Origin: a bacterium
Lineage (GTDB): Bacteria; Vulcanimicrobiota; Xenobia; Xenobiales; Xenobiaceae
DNA: 63,962 nucleotides
Assembly: GCA_017458675.1 (NCBI GenBank)
Contig: JAFTAM010000182.1
Coordinates: 1 to 63,962, forward strand
Reading direction: 5' to 3'
Shown here: piece by piece, positions 8,598-18,757 of the stretch
How positions within the stretch are numbered: position 1 is the stretch's first letter
Layout of the letters: each line of letters starts with the position of its first letter
Notes under the pieces: generated by a model
Told to the model about the DNA's origin: nothing
The model's input: the letters and a program-made list of their open reading frames with translations, nothing else
Database searches by the model: none
Translations under genes and position numbers: made by a program

Positions 8598-11039
8598 TTA
8601 GATGTCGCTGTCGGTATCCGTATCGGTATCGGTGTCCGTATCGGTATCGGTGTCAGTGTCCGTATCGGAATCGGTGTCGGTGTCCGTATCGGTATCGGTG
8701 TCCGTATCGGTGTCCGTATCGGTATCGGTGTCCGTGTCGGTGTCCGTATCGGTATCGGTGTCCGTGTCGGTATCAGTATCGGTATCGGTGTCCGTATCGG
8801 TATCCGTGTCCGTGTCGGTATCTGTGTCCGTATCGGTATCGGTGTCAGTGTCCGTATCGGTATCCGTATCGGTATCGGTGTCCGTGTCGGTATCGGTATC
8901 CGTGTCGGTATCGGTGTCATCGTCACCCTCGGAAGCTACGAAGGTGGTCGCAGCGGGAGTTCCGAGGCCTTCGATCTCATCGACCACGGCGGTACCAGTA
9001 CCGGTAGCGGTTTCAGCAATTTCAGCGGTGAACAGGACTACGCTGTCAGGAGCGACTTCGACGGTAGCGAAATCAGCGGGATCAACGGCGACTTCAGGAG
9101 CGGCCTCGGGCTGCAGATCCTCGGGAATCTCGAAGTAGCAAACTTTAGTATCAGTAACGAATCTGCCGACTAAGGTCAGCTCGACTTCCTGACCGGGAGT
9201 GACAGCCATCTTATCGGTGTAGCCGGCAAGACTGTCGTCGGTGATGCCCAATACGATTTCGGAACTAGCGGGCATAGCGGCGATCACGGTAGCTTCTTCG
9301 CTGTCGACTTCTTCGTAAGTAGCGGTCAGGGAGATTTCGGTCTCAGCATCGAGTCCAGCGACGGTTACAGCGCCCTTGTCAGCGGTAGCGGCGTCGTTGT
9401 CAGCGGTGATTTCGGCCTTCTCGGTGACATCCTGATCCTCGGGAACGGGGCCCTTGCCCTCTTCCTCGGTGTAGATAGCCATTACCTTATAGTTAATGGT
9501 ATTGACGGCGTAAACCTTATCGCTGTCATCATCGGAATCGGAATCAGTGTCCGTATCGGTATCGGTATCCGTGTCGGTATCGGTATCCGTGTCGGTATCG
9601 GTGTCCGTATCGGTATCGGTATCCGTGTCGGTATCGGTGTCCGTATCGGTATCGGTGTCCGTATCGGAATCGGTGTCCGTATCGGTATCGGTGTCCGTAT
9701 CAGTATCGGTGTCCGTATCAGTATCGGTGTCCGTATCAGTATCGGTGTCCGTATCGGTGTCCGTATCAGTATCGGTGTCCGTGTCGGTGTCCGTATCGGT
9801 GTCGGTGTCCGTATCAGTATCGGTGTCCGTATCGGTATCGGTGTCGCCCTCAATATCGGAATCGGTGTCGGTGTCCGTGTCGGTGTCCGTATCGGAATCG
9901 GTGTCGGTGTCCGTATCGGTGTCCGTATCAGTGTCGGTGTCCGAATCGGTATCGGTGTCCGTATCGGTATCGGTGTCCGTGTCGGTGTCGGTGTCCGTAT
10001 CGGTGTCCGTATCGGTATCGGTATCGGTGTCCGTGTCGGTATCGGTGTCCGTATCGGTGTCCGTATCGGTATCGGTATCCGTGTCGGTGTCCGTATCGGT
10101 ATCGGTGTCCGTATCGGTATCGGTGTCCGTATCAGTATCGGTGTCCGTATCGGTATCCGTGTCCGTGTCGGTATCGTCGTCACCTTCAACGGGGACAAAC
10201 TGAGCGGTCTCCTGACCCATGGCCTCATCGACCACTACCATATTGGCGGTATTCGTTTCGGCATCGAAATACTCAGCTTCCGCATCGGCGGGAGCGATAG
10301 TTACCGCACTAACATCCTGGTCGGTAACATAAACGGTATTCATGTCAGCGCTGAAGTCTTCGAAAGTAGCTTTGATCGCATCTTCAGTACCGTACTCGCC
10401 GCCCATGTAGGAACCGTCTTCCTGAGGAATCAAAACGGTCTCATCCTTGATGCCGGAGAAAGTGGCGAAAGGAGTGACGTCAACCTTGTTGCCGTCTACA
10501 TCCACCAAGAAAGCCTGGAACCTGACATAATCTTCGGGAGCGATAACATAGTTATCAGCCTCAGCCACGAAGGGGGTTTCTTCGTTCAGATCTTTGATGG
10601 AAGGATCGGCTACAACGCCGCCGTATACGCCGTTCATGGCGTACCAGGTAATCTCATCAGCGCCAATGGCAACGACTTCGTTTGCAGCGTCATAATAGAC
10701 AGCGTTGGCAGTTACAGCGGTTTCAGAAACGCCGACGACTTCGAGGTCGTACTCAGTATCCTCAGCTCCGTGCTTGAGGGCGAGAGCGTCAGTCGTAGCA
10801 ACGGAGACGCCGTCTTTGTCGACGAAATTGAATTTTACGCTGGTAATATCGGGGGTCACGTCGGAGCGAGCAGCGAGCTCAGCCAACAGGTTGTACTGGA
10901 AGACAACTTTATTCTGTCCGCCAAACAACGGATTGGGAGTAGTAGAACCGCTGTCACCGCAGCCAGTGGCCATCAAACCTAGACCTAAGCTAGCTACAGC
11001 AGCAAAAGAAGCGAAACCAAAGACATTCTTCTTAGCCAT
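8598..11039 (-). CDS. Acidic surface lipoprotein with two long (Asp-Thr)n tracts
   Basis: Lipobox MATGC; start is ATG 11039 or GTG 11054; DT tracts of ~215 aa (internal) and ~105 aa (C-terminal); non-repeat parts align with 11815-13326. Confidence 0.82.
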   Translation of the reverse strand: MAKKNVFGFASFAAVASLGLGLMATGCGDSGSTTPNPLFGGQNKVVFQYNLLAELAARSDVTPDITSVKFNFVDKDGVSVATTDALALKHGAEDTEYDLEVVGVSETAVTANAVYYDAANEVVAIGADEITWYAMNGVYGGVVADPSIKDLNEETPFVAEADNYVIAPEDYVRFQAFLVDVDGNKVDVTPFATFSGIKDETVLIPQEDGSYMGGEYGTEDAIKATFEDFSADMNTVYVTDQDVSAVTIAPADAEAEYFDAETNTANMVVVDEAMGQETAQFVPVEGDDDTDTDTDTDTDTDTDTDTDTDTDTDTDTDTDTDTDTDTDTDTDTDTDTDTDTDTDTDTDTDTDTDTDTDTDTDTDTDSDTDTDTDTDTDTDTDSDTDTDTDTDTDSDIEGDTDTDTDTDTDTDTDTDTDTDTDTDTDTDTDTDTDTDTDTDTDTDTDTDTDTDTDTDTDSDTDTDTDTDTDTDTDTDTDTDTDTDTDTDTDTDTDTDTDTDSDSDDDSDKVYAVNTINYKVMAIYTEEEGKGPVPEDQDVTEKAEITADNDAATADKGAVTVAGLDAETEISLTATYEEVDSEEATVIAAMPASSEIVLGITDDSLAGYTDKMAVTPGQEVELTLVGRFVTDTKVCYFEIPEDLQPEAAPEVAVDPADFATVEVAPDSVVLFTAEIAETATGTGTAVVDEIEGLGTPAATTFVASEGDDDTDTDTDTDTDTDTDTDTDTDTDTDTDTDTDTDTDTDTDTDTDTDTDTDTDTDTDTDTDTDTDTDTDTDTDTDTDTDTDTDTDSDTDTDTDTDTDTDTDTDTDSDI
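8601..8925 (-). repeat. Coding repeat (DT)n, C-terminal
   Basis: gtatcg/gtgtcc/gtgtcg/gtatcc hexamer units on the + strand. Confidence 0.95.
9533..10185 (-). repeat. Coding repeat (DT)n, internal, interrupted by DS units and DIEG
   Basis: ~650 nt of hexamer units. Confidence 0.95.
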
Positions 11040-11814
11040 AATGTTTATAGACACATCCTTTTATTATTCTCAAGCAGGCTAATCCTCATAATAGGAGCTT
11101 CCTGCCGCATTACATCTTGCGGAAAATTCCCTAAACGCGGGAACATCCCTGCTGAATTTTTTAAAATTTAATTCTCAAAGCCTGCATACCGCGCTAAATA
11201 CAATACACAGACAGCCGACCGTCATTCTCTTTGCCGTAAAAAAAGATCCACAAGTTTCTTTACGGTTTATTTTCCGAGGGTATCCCCGCAGCGTATGCCA
11301 GCGGAAAACCTCTGAGATAGGTTATAAGGTTATAATGACAAGATCGAGGGCCATAATTCTATGGCGCCTCTTCAACACCTTTAATATATATTCTGCCGAT
11401 TTGTTTCCTTCAAAGGCAGGAAACCGTTTATTCGGCCGCCGCCTCTAAATTACGCAAATACTTGTGGAAGCCTATAATATATGCGGCAAATTATACATTT
11501 ATTAAAGCAAATATGCAAGCCTAAAAGCCGAAAATACAGCCAATTTTTAGAAATTTTACGTATATTTGCAATAAAAAAACGCATATAGCCGACGAGTGAG
11601 CCTCTATTTACTATCCGTCTTCCCCGTCTGCCGTTCAGGCGGTCTTATATCATCCTGAGCCGGCTGAAGAGCCCTGCATACATACTATTATATATATTTG
11701 GATTCTCCGCTTCAATCAAGATGGCGAACGATAAGAGCGAGGACGGTCTCCGGCGCTTGCGGCAGCAGCGCCGCGAAGCCAGAATCAGCTTCGCGGCGAA
11801 AGACAAACAGACTT

Positions 11815-13326
11815 CTATTCAGCCGTTTTTACGCTGATATTAGTGGACAAAGCTCCCGGGAGACCGTCAATGGGAGCCAGGTCCGCAGTGCCTTCGGCAT
11901 CGCTGCTTAAACCGGTGGGAACGCTAAGTATATATTCAACCACGCTGTCCTCAGCGGCCTCAAGGCTTACGTCGGCAGAAGACAGGTCGCTGCTGAGCGT
12001 AACCGCAGCGGCAGCGGCGGGCAGCTTATCCTCGGCGATATCGACAAAATCCATAAACGTCTTCTCAGAAGAAACAGGCCAGCTGAAAATGCCCTTCAAA
12101 TAGAGCTCTGCCGTGTCGCCTGCGGCAGCGGTCACATCGAGAGTGGCGCCTTCTTCGCCTTCATAAGCCAAACCGATATTGACGGAAGGGGCGGCTACCT
12201 CAATCGTAATTTCATCCTCAAGAAGCTCAGCCTCGGCGGAGGGAATATAGGAGGCTTTTACCGCGACGTTATGGGCGTCGGCTTCGGCGTCGAAATCGGA
12301 AACCGTAACGACCGCCTTATTTTCCGAAGCGGCGACGCCGCTGGCAGTAAGGGTCAGTATCGAATCGGAGGTTACGTTCTGAGGGGCAGGAACAGGTCCT
12401 TTGCCCTTCGTATCGCTGTAAACCGCTTCGACGACAAACTCCTCTTCGTTCAGCGCATAAACTTTTTTGTCTATGGGAGAAGTTATCTCGGTCAGGCCCA
12501 AATCATTTTCTACATAAGCCAAATAAGTAAATTTGCCGGTACTCTTCTCGTTGAGTTCACCGGATACGGGAGTAATGGCAATGGACTCAATCTGCTGATC
12601 GGTGACATAAATGCCGCCTTCCAGCTCTGCGCTTAGAGCCTTGATCCCGGCAGCCATATTTGCCTTAATGCCGCTGGCGAAACCGTAATCTGCGCCTTCA
12701 TAGGCACCGCCCGCAGCTTCCTTTAAAATTGAAGGATCAATTCCGCTGATCGTGGCGAAAGGCGTCACATTTACGCTCTCCTGAGAATTTTCGGGAACCA
12801 GAAACGCAGCGATATTGACTTTTTCTTTAGGAGCAATAACCGTTCTGTCGGCTTCCACCGTAAAGACACAGTCGCCCAGTTCATTTACTTCGGGGGAAGA
12901 AACGATGCCGACGGAGCTGCCGCTGCTTTCGCTCCAGGTTATCTTATCCACGCCGGCTGCGATAATATTGCCGCTCACATCATAATATACGGCATTGGCT
13001 ACCGCAGCGTCTACGCCTACCCCGGGAACCGTAACGGTAATGTCTTCGGCAGCTTCGCCGTGAGAGATCGAATATTTATCGGAAACCGTCACCTGAGCGC
13101 CGCTGGGATCGGTAAAATTATATCTGACGGCGGCGATTTCAGCCTTCAGATCGGTACGGGCAGCGGAAGAAGCTAAAGAAGTATATTTAAACTGAACATA
13201 GGAGCTGCCGGCGATAGAGCTTGCGCTCGTAGAACCGCTGCTGTTGCCGCATCCGGTTACTAGCAGACTGCAGCCTGCGGCAGCCGCAAAAGCGACAAAA
13301 CCAAAAAGATTCTTTTTGATCATCAT
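11815..13326 (-). CDS. Lipoprotein, repeat-free paralogue of the DT/DA proteins
   Basis: Lipobox LVTGC; motifs AVYYD, VTPFAT.SGI, YVTDQ and KGKGPVP..Q.VT shared with 8598-11039. Confidence 0.8.
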   Translation of the reverse strand: MMIKKNLFGFVAFAAAAGCSLLVTGCGNSSGSTSASSIAGSSYVQFKYTSLASSAARTDLKAEIAAVRYNFTDPSGAQVTVSDKYSISHGEAAEDITVTVPGVGVDAAVANAVYYDVSGNIIAAGVDKITWSESSGSSVGIVSSPEVNELGDCVFTVEADRTVIAPKEKVNIAAFLVPENSQESVNVTPFATISGIDPSILKEAAGGAYEGADYGFASGIKANMAAGIKALSAELEGGIYVTDQQIESIAITPVSGELNEKSTGKFTYLAYVENDLGLTEITSPIDKKVYALNEEEFVVEAVYSDTKGKGPVPAPQNVTSDSILTLTASGVAASENKAVVTVSDFDAEADAHNVAVKASYIPSAEAELLEDEITIEVAAPSVNIGLAYEGEEGATLDVTAAAGDTAELYLKGIFSWPVSSEKTFMDFVDIAEDKLPAAAAAVTLSSDLSSADVSLEAAEDSVVEYILSVPTGLSSDAEGTADLAPIDGLPGALSTNISVKTAE

Positions 13327-13496
13327 ACAAAAATACGTCCTTACATATTTATTGAGCGGTCAATCGGCATTCCGAATAATAAAAGCCTTCCGCTGCTAAA
13401 TTCAAGCTGTTTTCACGTTTTAAAAGGTTCTTCCTTCCGCAGAGCTCATACTTGTATTCAATCCGCTGCAAAGAGAAGAATCAAAACAGAGTATAA

Positions 13497-14600
13497 TTAC
13501 TGAATTTCCCAATATACCGGCTTAACGGTTCCGCCGTCGCGCTTGACCACGGTGTGCAGCTTTACCCGCCCGGGCGCAGCGAGAACCTCGGCGTCAACGC
13601 TGAAATACGTGCTTTTAACGCACAGATAATCCTGAATGCGGAAAAGCAAATCGGCGTCCATTCCGGTAACGTTATTTAATTCGTCAGTTCTGGAAAAAGG
13701 AGAAGAGCGTCTATGAGAGTCGATCTCCTGAACCAGCGTCTGAGTCATATCTGCATCTAAGCAGCGCAGCACTTCCAAAGGAGCGGTATTTATATTGATT
13801 TTGCCGCTCGAGCAGACCGTCACCCAATCCTCCCAGGGGCTTTCCGCACTAAGTCCCTGCGTCTGCGCCTCAGGCACAGAAAGGCTGTAATTAGGCAGCT
13901 CGCTTTCTTCTGATGAAAATTCGCCGCCGCTTTCCGACGAAGCGCCGGCAGAGGCGACCGCCGCGCCTCCGACCGTACTCTGCAGAACCTGCTGCGCTCG
14001 GTGATTTACATAATGAGGACGCTCCTGCCAGCCGGGCAAAGCCAGGAGCTCCTTAATGCAGTCCAGAGGTCCGTCCTTTATAAGCATATTAGCCGCATAG
14101 TCAGGCCCCTCGCCGCCTTGGGCGCGCCTCACGGAATCAGGGTCAGTCCAATCCAGAAAACGGTCGCAGGCTTCCTCTCCGCTCTGCAGGCCTCCGTATT
14201 CAAACAGACGCACCAGAGCCTTCTGCAGATATTCGCAGCTGTCGGGATTCTTCTGCATGGCGCTCAGGGGAAACTTGCTTTCCTCATCGACGACGCTGAC
14301 CGTGACGTGCTTGCCCTCCCATACCAGAGAGACCGATCCGGCCGCCCAGGCTTCATTCAGATTGTCTGAACCGTTAGTATCGGATTTTAAAAGGGCATAC
14401 CCCATCTCCACGGCGGATCGGGCCATCTGATAATTGTTTTCCCGCTCGGAGGTATATTTATAAAGCTCGGTGGCGTCGACGCCGACTTCGGTCATGTGGG
14501 CCGATATAGCAATAGCTATGAGTATCGCTCCCAATACCGCCATTAAAATCATAATCAGCCCTCCCTCACCAGCGCGCCGATTTTGCAGCCGGAGCGGCAA
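13497..14600 (-). CDS. gspK: Type II secretion minor pseudopilin GspK-like
   Basis: N-terminal TM; DEESKF, DWTDPD and GKININTAP..VL motifs; HhH-like C-terminal part. Confidence 0.85.
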   Translation of the reverse strand: MPLRLQNRRAGEGGLIMILMAVLGAILIAIAISAHMTEVGVDATELYKYTSERENNYQMARSAVEMGYALLKSDTNGSDNLNEAWAAGSVSLVWEGKHVTVSVVDEESKFPLSAMQKNPDSCEYLQKALVRLFEYGGLQSGEEACDRFLDWTDPDSVRRAQGGEGPDYAANMLIKDGPLDCIKELLALPGWQERPHYVNHRAQQVLQSTVGGAAVASAGASSESGGEFSSEESELPNYSLSVPEAQTQGLSAESPWEDWVTVCSSGKININTAPLEVLRCLDADMTQTLVQEIDSHRRSSPFSRTDELNNVTGMDADLLFRIQDYLCVKSTYFSVDAEVLAAPGRVKLHTVVKRDGGTVKPVYWEIQ

Positions 14601-15366
14601 TAAATACCAAAGGTTCTCCCGTCCTCAGTATAAAAGTTATCTTTATCCACTTGGGAACCGTACGCGGAGAGGTCCATTCCTGCTGCCAGATCTCCGCATC
14701 ATCGGAATATTCCGCATTGATGCCTATAACCTCATAACTCAGAACCTGCCAGGGAGCTTCGGATAAATCGGCTTCCTCATGCAGTCCCAGGGGATCGGCC
14801 CAGGGAAACTGGCGGTAGGCCAGATATACGCCTGAATTTTCGCTGTTCTGAACGCCGGCTAAAGTTTTCTCCGGCCTGGACTTGGCTTTGGCGCTGCCGT
14901 CGCCGTTTACCGCTCCCTTTTCAAAGGAACTGTCAATAAATGAGTTCAGTCTGTCTTCGTCGACCCGGCCGGACGAATCTTCCAAAATAGTAAAGCTCAC
15001 CTCCGCCGCACCGGGGTTGGCAAAACCTTTGGGAAAATACGTCGTCTTAAAGGTCAAAAACGCGCGGTCGGTCTGCGTACCCCTTTTACCGTAAAAAAAG
15101 GCGTTCTTCAAAGCGGCGGGATGGATGCGGCTGGCGGGAACGGTTTTGACGTTCGCCCCCTCCGGGACCTCGGCATAAAGACAGCGAAGCTGCCAGCGGA
15201 GCAGCTCTGCGGCCTCTATGGTCTCTTTTTTGCGCTTGTATCCGGCTTCGGTATGGCGCACGGAAACATTCATCTGTACGGTTATATAAGCTATCAAAGA
15301 ATATACCAGGATAGCCAAACCCATAACTATAGTGATTTCCAGAAGTGTAAAGCCGGATCGTCTCAT
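14566..15366 (-). CDS. Prepilin-type protein, GspJ-like
   Basis: RRSG|FTLLE class III signal; C-terminal W...W....VPKWIKIT pattern typical of GspJ. Confidence 0.75.
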   Translation of the reverse strand: MRRSGFTLLEITIVMGLAILVYSLIAYITVQMNVSVRHTEAGYKRKKETIEAAELLRWQLRCLYAEVPEGANVKTVPASRIHPAALKNAFFYGKRGTQTDRAFLTFKTTYFPKGFANPGAAEVSFTILEDSSGRVDEDRLNSFIDSSFEKGAVNGDGSAKAKSRPEKTLAGVQNSENSGVYLAYRQFPWADPLGLHEEADLSEAPWQVLSYEVIGINAEYSDDAEIWQQEWTSPRTVPKWIKITFILRTGEPLVFIAAPAAKSARW

Positions 15367-15563
15367 TTAAAACTTCAGAAAAACAAAACTCTGCTACTAT
15401 ATATTATATGTTAAAAAGGCTTATTTGCCGAATGTTCGGGATGACGCTGCAGGCCGGGCAGCCCGCGGCGGCAGCGAATAATTCTGCACAGAACGCATAA
15501 CGCAAAATGCCGGGAATGACGCAGCCGCACTTTATTCTCAGCGGCGGAGAGCCGCGGAATTCC

Positions 15564-15965
15564 TTAAAGCGAAGAGCTCTTTCCCGAATCCGAGGGGCTT
15601 GCAGACATACCTCTCAGCCGGTAAGCCGAAACTGCCGCGCCCTGTCCGGTTCTGTCGCCCTTCACCGTACTGCAGGCACAGTCAATACGCGGGTCTGAGG
15701 GCATGCTGCGGACTGTTACCGTATAAATTATATTATCCAGCGTATCTGTCGTATCTCCGGAAGCGCTGAAGTCCATAGTCTTTTCCAGAGCCGCCGAGGC
15801 CACGACCAGATTGCGGTAGCGGCGCTCCAAATTGGCCACGCTCTGTACATGACGGCCGAAGCCGCTCAGCAGCGCGCCGAACACCATTGAAGCCAGCGCC
15901 AGCGCCACCAGCACCTCTATAAGAGAAAAGGCTTCAGTTTTTTTTAAGGCGCGGCGCTTCATCAT
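15564..15965 (-). CDS. Prepilin-type protein, GspI-like
   Basis: EA|FSLIEVLVALAL N-methylation motif; size and position upstream of the gspJ-like gene. Confidence 0.72.
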   Translation of the reverse strand: MMKRRALKKTEAFSLIEVLVALALASMVFGALLSGFGRHVQSVANLERRYRNLVVASAALEKTMDFSASGDTTDTLDNIIYTVTVRSMPSDPRIDCACSTVKGDRTGQGAAVSAYRLRGMSASPSDSGKSSSL

Positions 15966-15996
15966 ACAATGCCCTTCATTCACCTTACAAATTCAG

Positions 15997-17292
15997 TCAG
16001 CTTTTACCGGCGCGCCGAGCAGCCTTTTCACGCTGCCGCATCTGTTCAATAAAAGCCTCGCGTTCTGCCCTGCGTCCCTGATCTCTGCCTAAAGCCGCCT
16101 GCCAAACTACGTCCTGACCGGTCAGATCTATGTTGTAATGAGCAAAAATCTGCGACCACTCCAGATTGCGCGCAGCCATTTTGACAACATCTTCAACATC
16201 GACAAAGGCCATACGCGCCGCTGCCAGAGACAGAGCCTGATCTATAAAGGTCAGCCCCGTTTCATTGAGAAGTTCGCGCTCCATATCGGTTTCTTTATAG
16301 TAAAGGCTCATCAGCCATCCTAAAGCCTGCAGCTCAGCGCCGTCAAGACTGTCAAATTCCCAGCGTCTGTCGAGAGAATCCGGATAGCTCGAGCGCATCA
16401 GGGTAGGAATAGTGGCATAATTTTCGCCCCTTATCATACTGGCATAAATCGGCGCCAAAGGACCGTCCACGAAGATTTGCGGATCAACGCTGAACATGGA
16501 CGCTACATCACTCCACTCCACTACTTCGCCCACGCGCACCTCTAAAAAGGTCGTCACCGAAAAAGGCTTGTACTTCGCTAAGGTTCCGGCAATAATCCAA
16601 TCGGCGACCTTCAGCGTGCGCCCCGCCGGCTTATTCAGCATTTCCACGGTGAGATTATTGGTATTTTCCAAGGCTTCGCGCACATTCCTCACCTCTTCGC
16701 CGGACATGCGGTGACGCACTATGCAGACGGAATCGGGAAGAACCGGTGAAAAAGACGGCAATTTGGCGGCGCTACGCAGTCCCGGACGTACATCGGGCAT
16801 AAAATGGACGTACTCTTTATCGCGGTTTACCCGCTGTCCGCTGAGCAGCTCGCGCACCGGCTTTGGCAGCGTTTCCGGATCGATATTCAGCGCCTTGGCG
16901 ACCTCATCCCAGCGGTGGACGCGCCTGAGTTCCAATGCCTCGTTCAGAGAAGCGCCCTGGTTCATTAAAGAGAGAGCAACCACTGCGTCGGCATAGGTAT
17001 AGCCGGCAATAAACATCTCTTCGGTTACCCGGGGGGGAATGTCATAGGCCTCCGCAAACCAGAGAGAAGCCAGACGGGCGTCGGCAAGAGCCTGAACAGA
17101 TTTGCCCTTTAGATTTTTATCCTTGTCCGAATCTTCATTTTTATTTTCAAAATTGTACGATTTCACCTGACCCTTCGGAGCAGGTCCGTAGGCTTCGGAA
17201 TCATTATGGTTCGGAGCGCTCCAGGCCGAGGCGGAAATAACTATGCCGGCAGCAAGATAAGCTCCCAGGGCCGCTTTGTAAAACTTACTCAT
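15997..17292 (-). CDS. Secreted hypothetical protein with three internal helical repeats
   Basis: Signal peptide (..SASA-W); repeated D..A..L...W.(E/D/Q)(V/I)...(I/V)D motif. Confidence 0.7.
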   Translation of the reverse strand: MSKFYKAALGAYLAAGIVISASAWSAPNHNDSEAYGPAPKGQVKSYNFENKNEDSDKDKNLKGKSVQALADARLASLWFAEAYDIPPRVTEEMFIAGYTYADAVVALSLMNQGASLNEALELRRVHRWDEVAKALNIDPETLPKPVRELLSGQRVNRDKEYVHFMPDVRPGLRSAAKLPSFSPVLPDSVCIVRHRMSGEEVRNVREALENTNNLTVEMLNKPAGRTLKVADWIIAGTLAKYKPFSVTTFLEVRVGEVVEWSDVASMFSVDPQIFVDGPLAPIYASMIRGENYATIPTLMRSSYPDSLDRRWEFDSLDGAELQALGWLMSLYYKETDMERELLNETGLTFIDQALSLAAARMAFVDVEDVVKMAARNLEWSQIFAHYNIDLTGQDVVWQAALGRDQGRRAEREAFIEQMRQREKAARRAGKS

Positions 17293-17417
17293 AACCAGGC
17301 TATTTTTACCTTTCCGATACGTGCTTCCTTCTTGAATTTACGATTTTCTTCCGCCGACCCGGCAGAGAGGCGTCCCGCCGTTCCTGGAGCGGCAGAAAGT
17401 TCCGCTCCCGGCAAACT

Positions 17418-18686
17418 CTACTGCAAATCATACACTAAAGAACCGTCCTGTCCCTTGCGTTTATATTCGATATTCACAAAAGGCATCTCGCTGACCGTAA
17501 GCACGGAATTGAACAGTTCCTCGCTGCTCAGCACGGTCTTGTTGTTGATGCGGGTGACGGTGTCGCCGTCCTGCAGTCCCAGCCGGCTGAAAATATTGTC
17601 GCTTTTTAAAAATTTCAGTTTTACGCCCATATCCTCTTCGTCGGGCGTAGCTCTCACCTCGGAAATAATCGCCGCTCCCCGCTTAAGATATCCGGAAAGT
17701 TCCTCGCGGGAGGGATGCATCGGGGTTGGCGAAACCTCGGGACCGCCGCTCTTAATATCGGCGGAGGTAAGGCCGCTGTCTTCCTGATAATAGCTTTCAA
17801 AGCGCTTGCCGGAATCGGCGAAATTTTTAACCTCAACCCGAGCAGGCTCAGGCATGCCGCCTCCGCTTTCACGGCCGTCGTTATAGTCTTCCGTTTCGGA
17901 AAAAGGAACGGGAGAGGCCAGCGGCTCGACTGAAGCCGCGCCTTTGTCGGCGTGAACAGTCCCCCTGCGCGCAGAAGCGGCTGAAGAGTTCGCTCCGGGC
18001 TTGGCCGGCGGCGGCACATCTTTAGGATTGGGCAAAACCGGATGGCCCTGCGCGTTTTCACCTGCCAATGTCTCCGTTCCCGAAGCGGCGCTGCTGAGGC
18101 TGAGAGTAACCGAGCGGCCGCCCTTGCGCAGAACAACTCTGTCGGACAAAACTTTGTCAACTTTATAGCCTTGAAGGGTCTGTCCCTCGGAGAGAGTATG
18201 AGACGCTCCTCCCAGACTCAGGACGGCAATTCCGGAATCTCCGCCCACCATTACTCCCTGCAGAGTGATGCCTTCGGCCGACTGAGAATAGGTTCCGAAG
18301 TCCTCTGTCCCGCCGCCGGCTTCCGAAACCGGTTTTTCCGCCTTAACCGTTTCTTCCCCGGGTTCCGCCTTTACAGACTCTTCTTCAGCCTCCGCCTCCT
18401 CCTCGATATCAGCTTCAAGTTCCGCGTCAGACTCGGGCTGTCCCTCGCGCCGTCCCAGAAAATAACCGGCCCGGCGCTTAGCCCTGTCCGGACTGTAGGC
18501 AGGCTCGCGGAGGCGCGCGCTGACGCGCACCGGTTCCTCCGGCTCCCGCGTGGTATAATCCACCGTCTTATTGAGCAGATCGGCTCCTATAAATACGCCC
18601 GCCGTTATAAATACTGATATAACAGCGGTAACTAAAGGAGAAAATCTGCTTTCCTCTTCAAAGGCCTTTGCCGCATTCTTTTTCAT
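17418..18686 (-). CDS. Type II secretion GspC-like protein (HR plus PDZ domains)
   Basis: N-terminal TM; HR domain (LQGVMVG..GIAVL...GQTLQGYKVDKV..DRVVL); C-terminal PDZ (RLGLQDGDTVTRIN). Start moved to ATG 18686. Confidence 0.8.
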   Translation of the reverse strand: MKKNAAKAFEEESRFSPLVTAVISVFITAGVFIGADLLNKTVDYTTREPEEPVRVSARLREPAYSPDRAKRRAGYFLGRREGQPESDAELEADIEEEAEAEEESVKAEPGEETVKAEKPVSEAGGGTEDFGTYSQSAEGITLQGVMVGGDSGIAVLSLGGASHTLSEGQTLQGYKVDKVLSDRVVLRKGGRSVTLSLSSAASGTETLAGENAQGHPVLPNPKDVPPPAKPGANSSAASARRGTVHADKGAASVEPLASPVPFSETEDYNDGRESGGGMPEPARVEVKNFADSGKRFESYYQEDSGLTSADIKSGGPEVSPTPMHPSREELSGYLKRGAAIISEVRATPDEEDMGVKLKFLKSDNIFSRLGLQDGDTVTRINNKTVLSSEELFNSVLTVSEMPFVNIEYKRKGQDGSLVYDLQ

Positions 18687-18757
18687 AAACCGATTTTTCC
18701 AAAAATAAATCAAATAGAACCGTATATCGGCTTCCGTCAATTTATCTGCCTAAGCGC

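Noticed and set aside
8601-10185. Long repeat arrays as a possible CRISPR array
   Set aside because: The period is 6 nt, in frame within a CDS, with no unique spacers and no cas genes.
6378-10228. ORFs encoding (SA)n, (SV)n, (IGVR)n and (PIRT)n
   Set aside because: They are antisense or shifted-frame shadows of stop-free hexamer repeats inside the DA/DT lipoprotein genes and have no RBS or unique sequence.
11060-11810. Long intergenic region as a possible riboswitch or ncRNA
   Set aside because: Some hairpins are present, but I recognise no known riboswitch consensus; an Rfam/Infernal scan would be needed.
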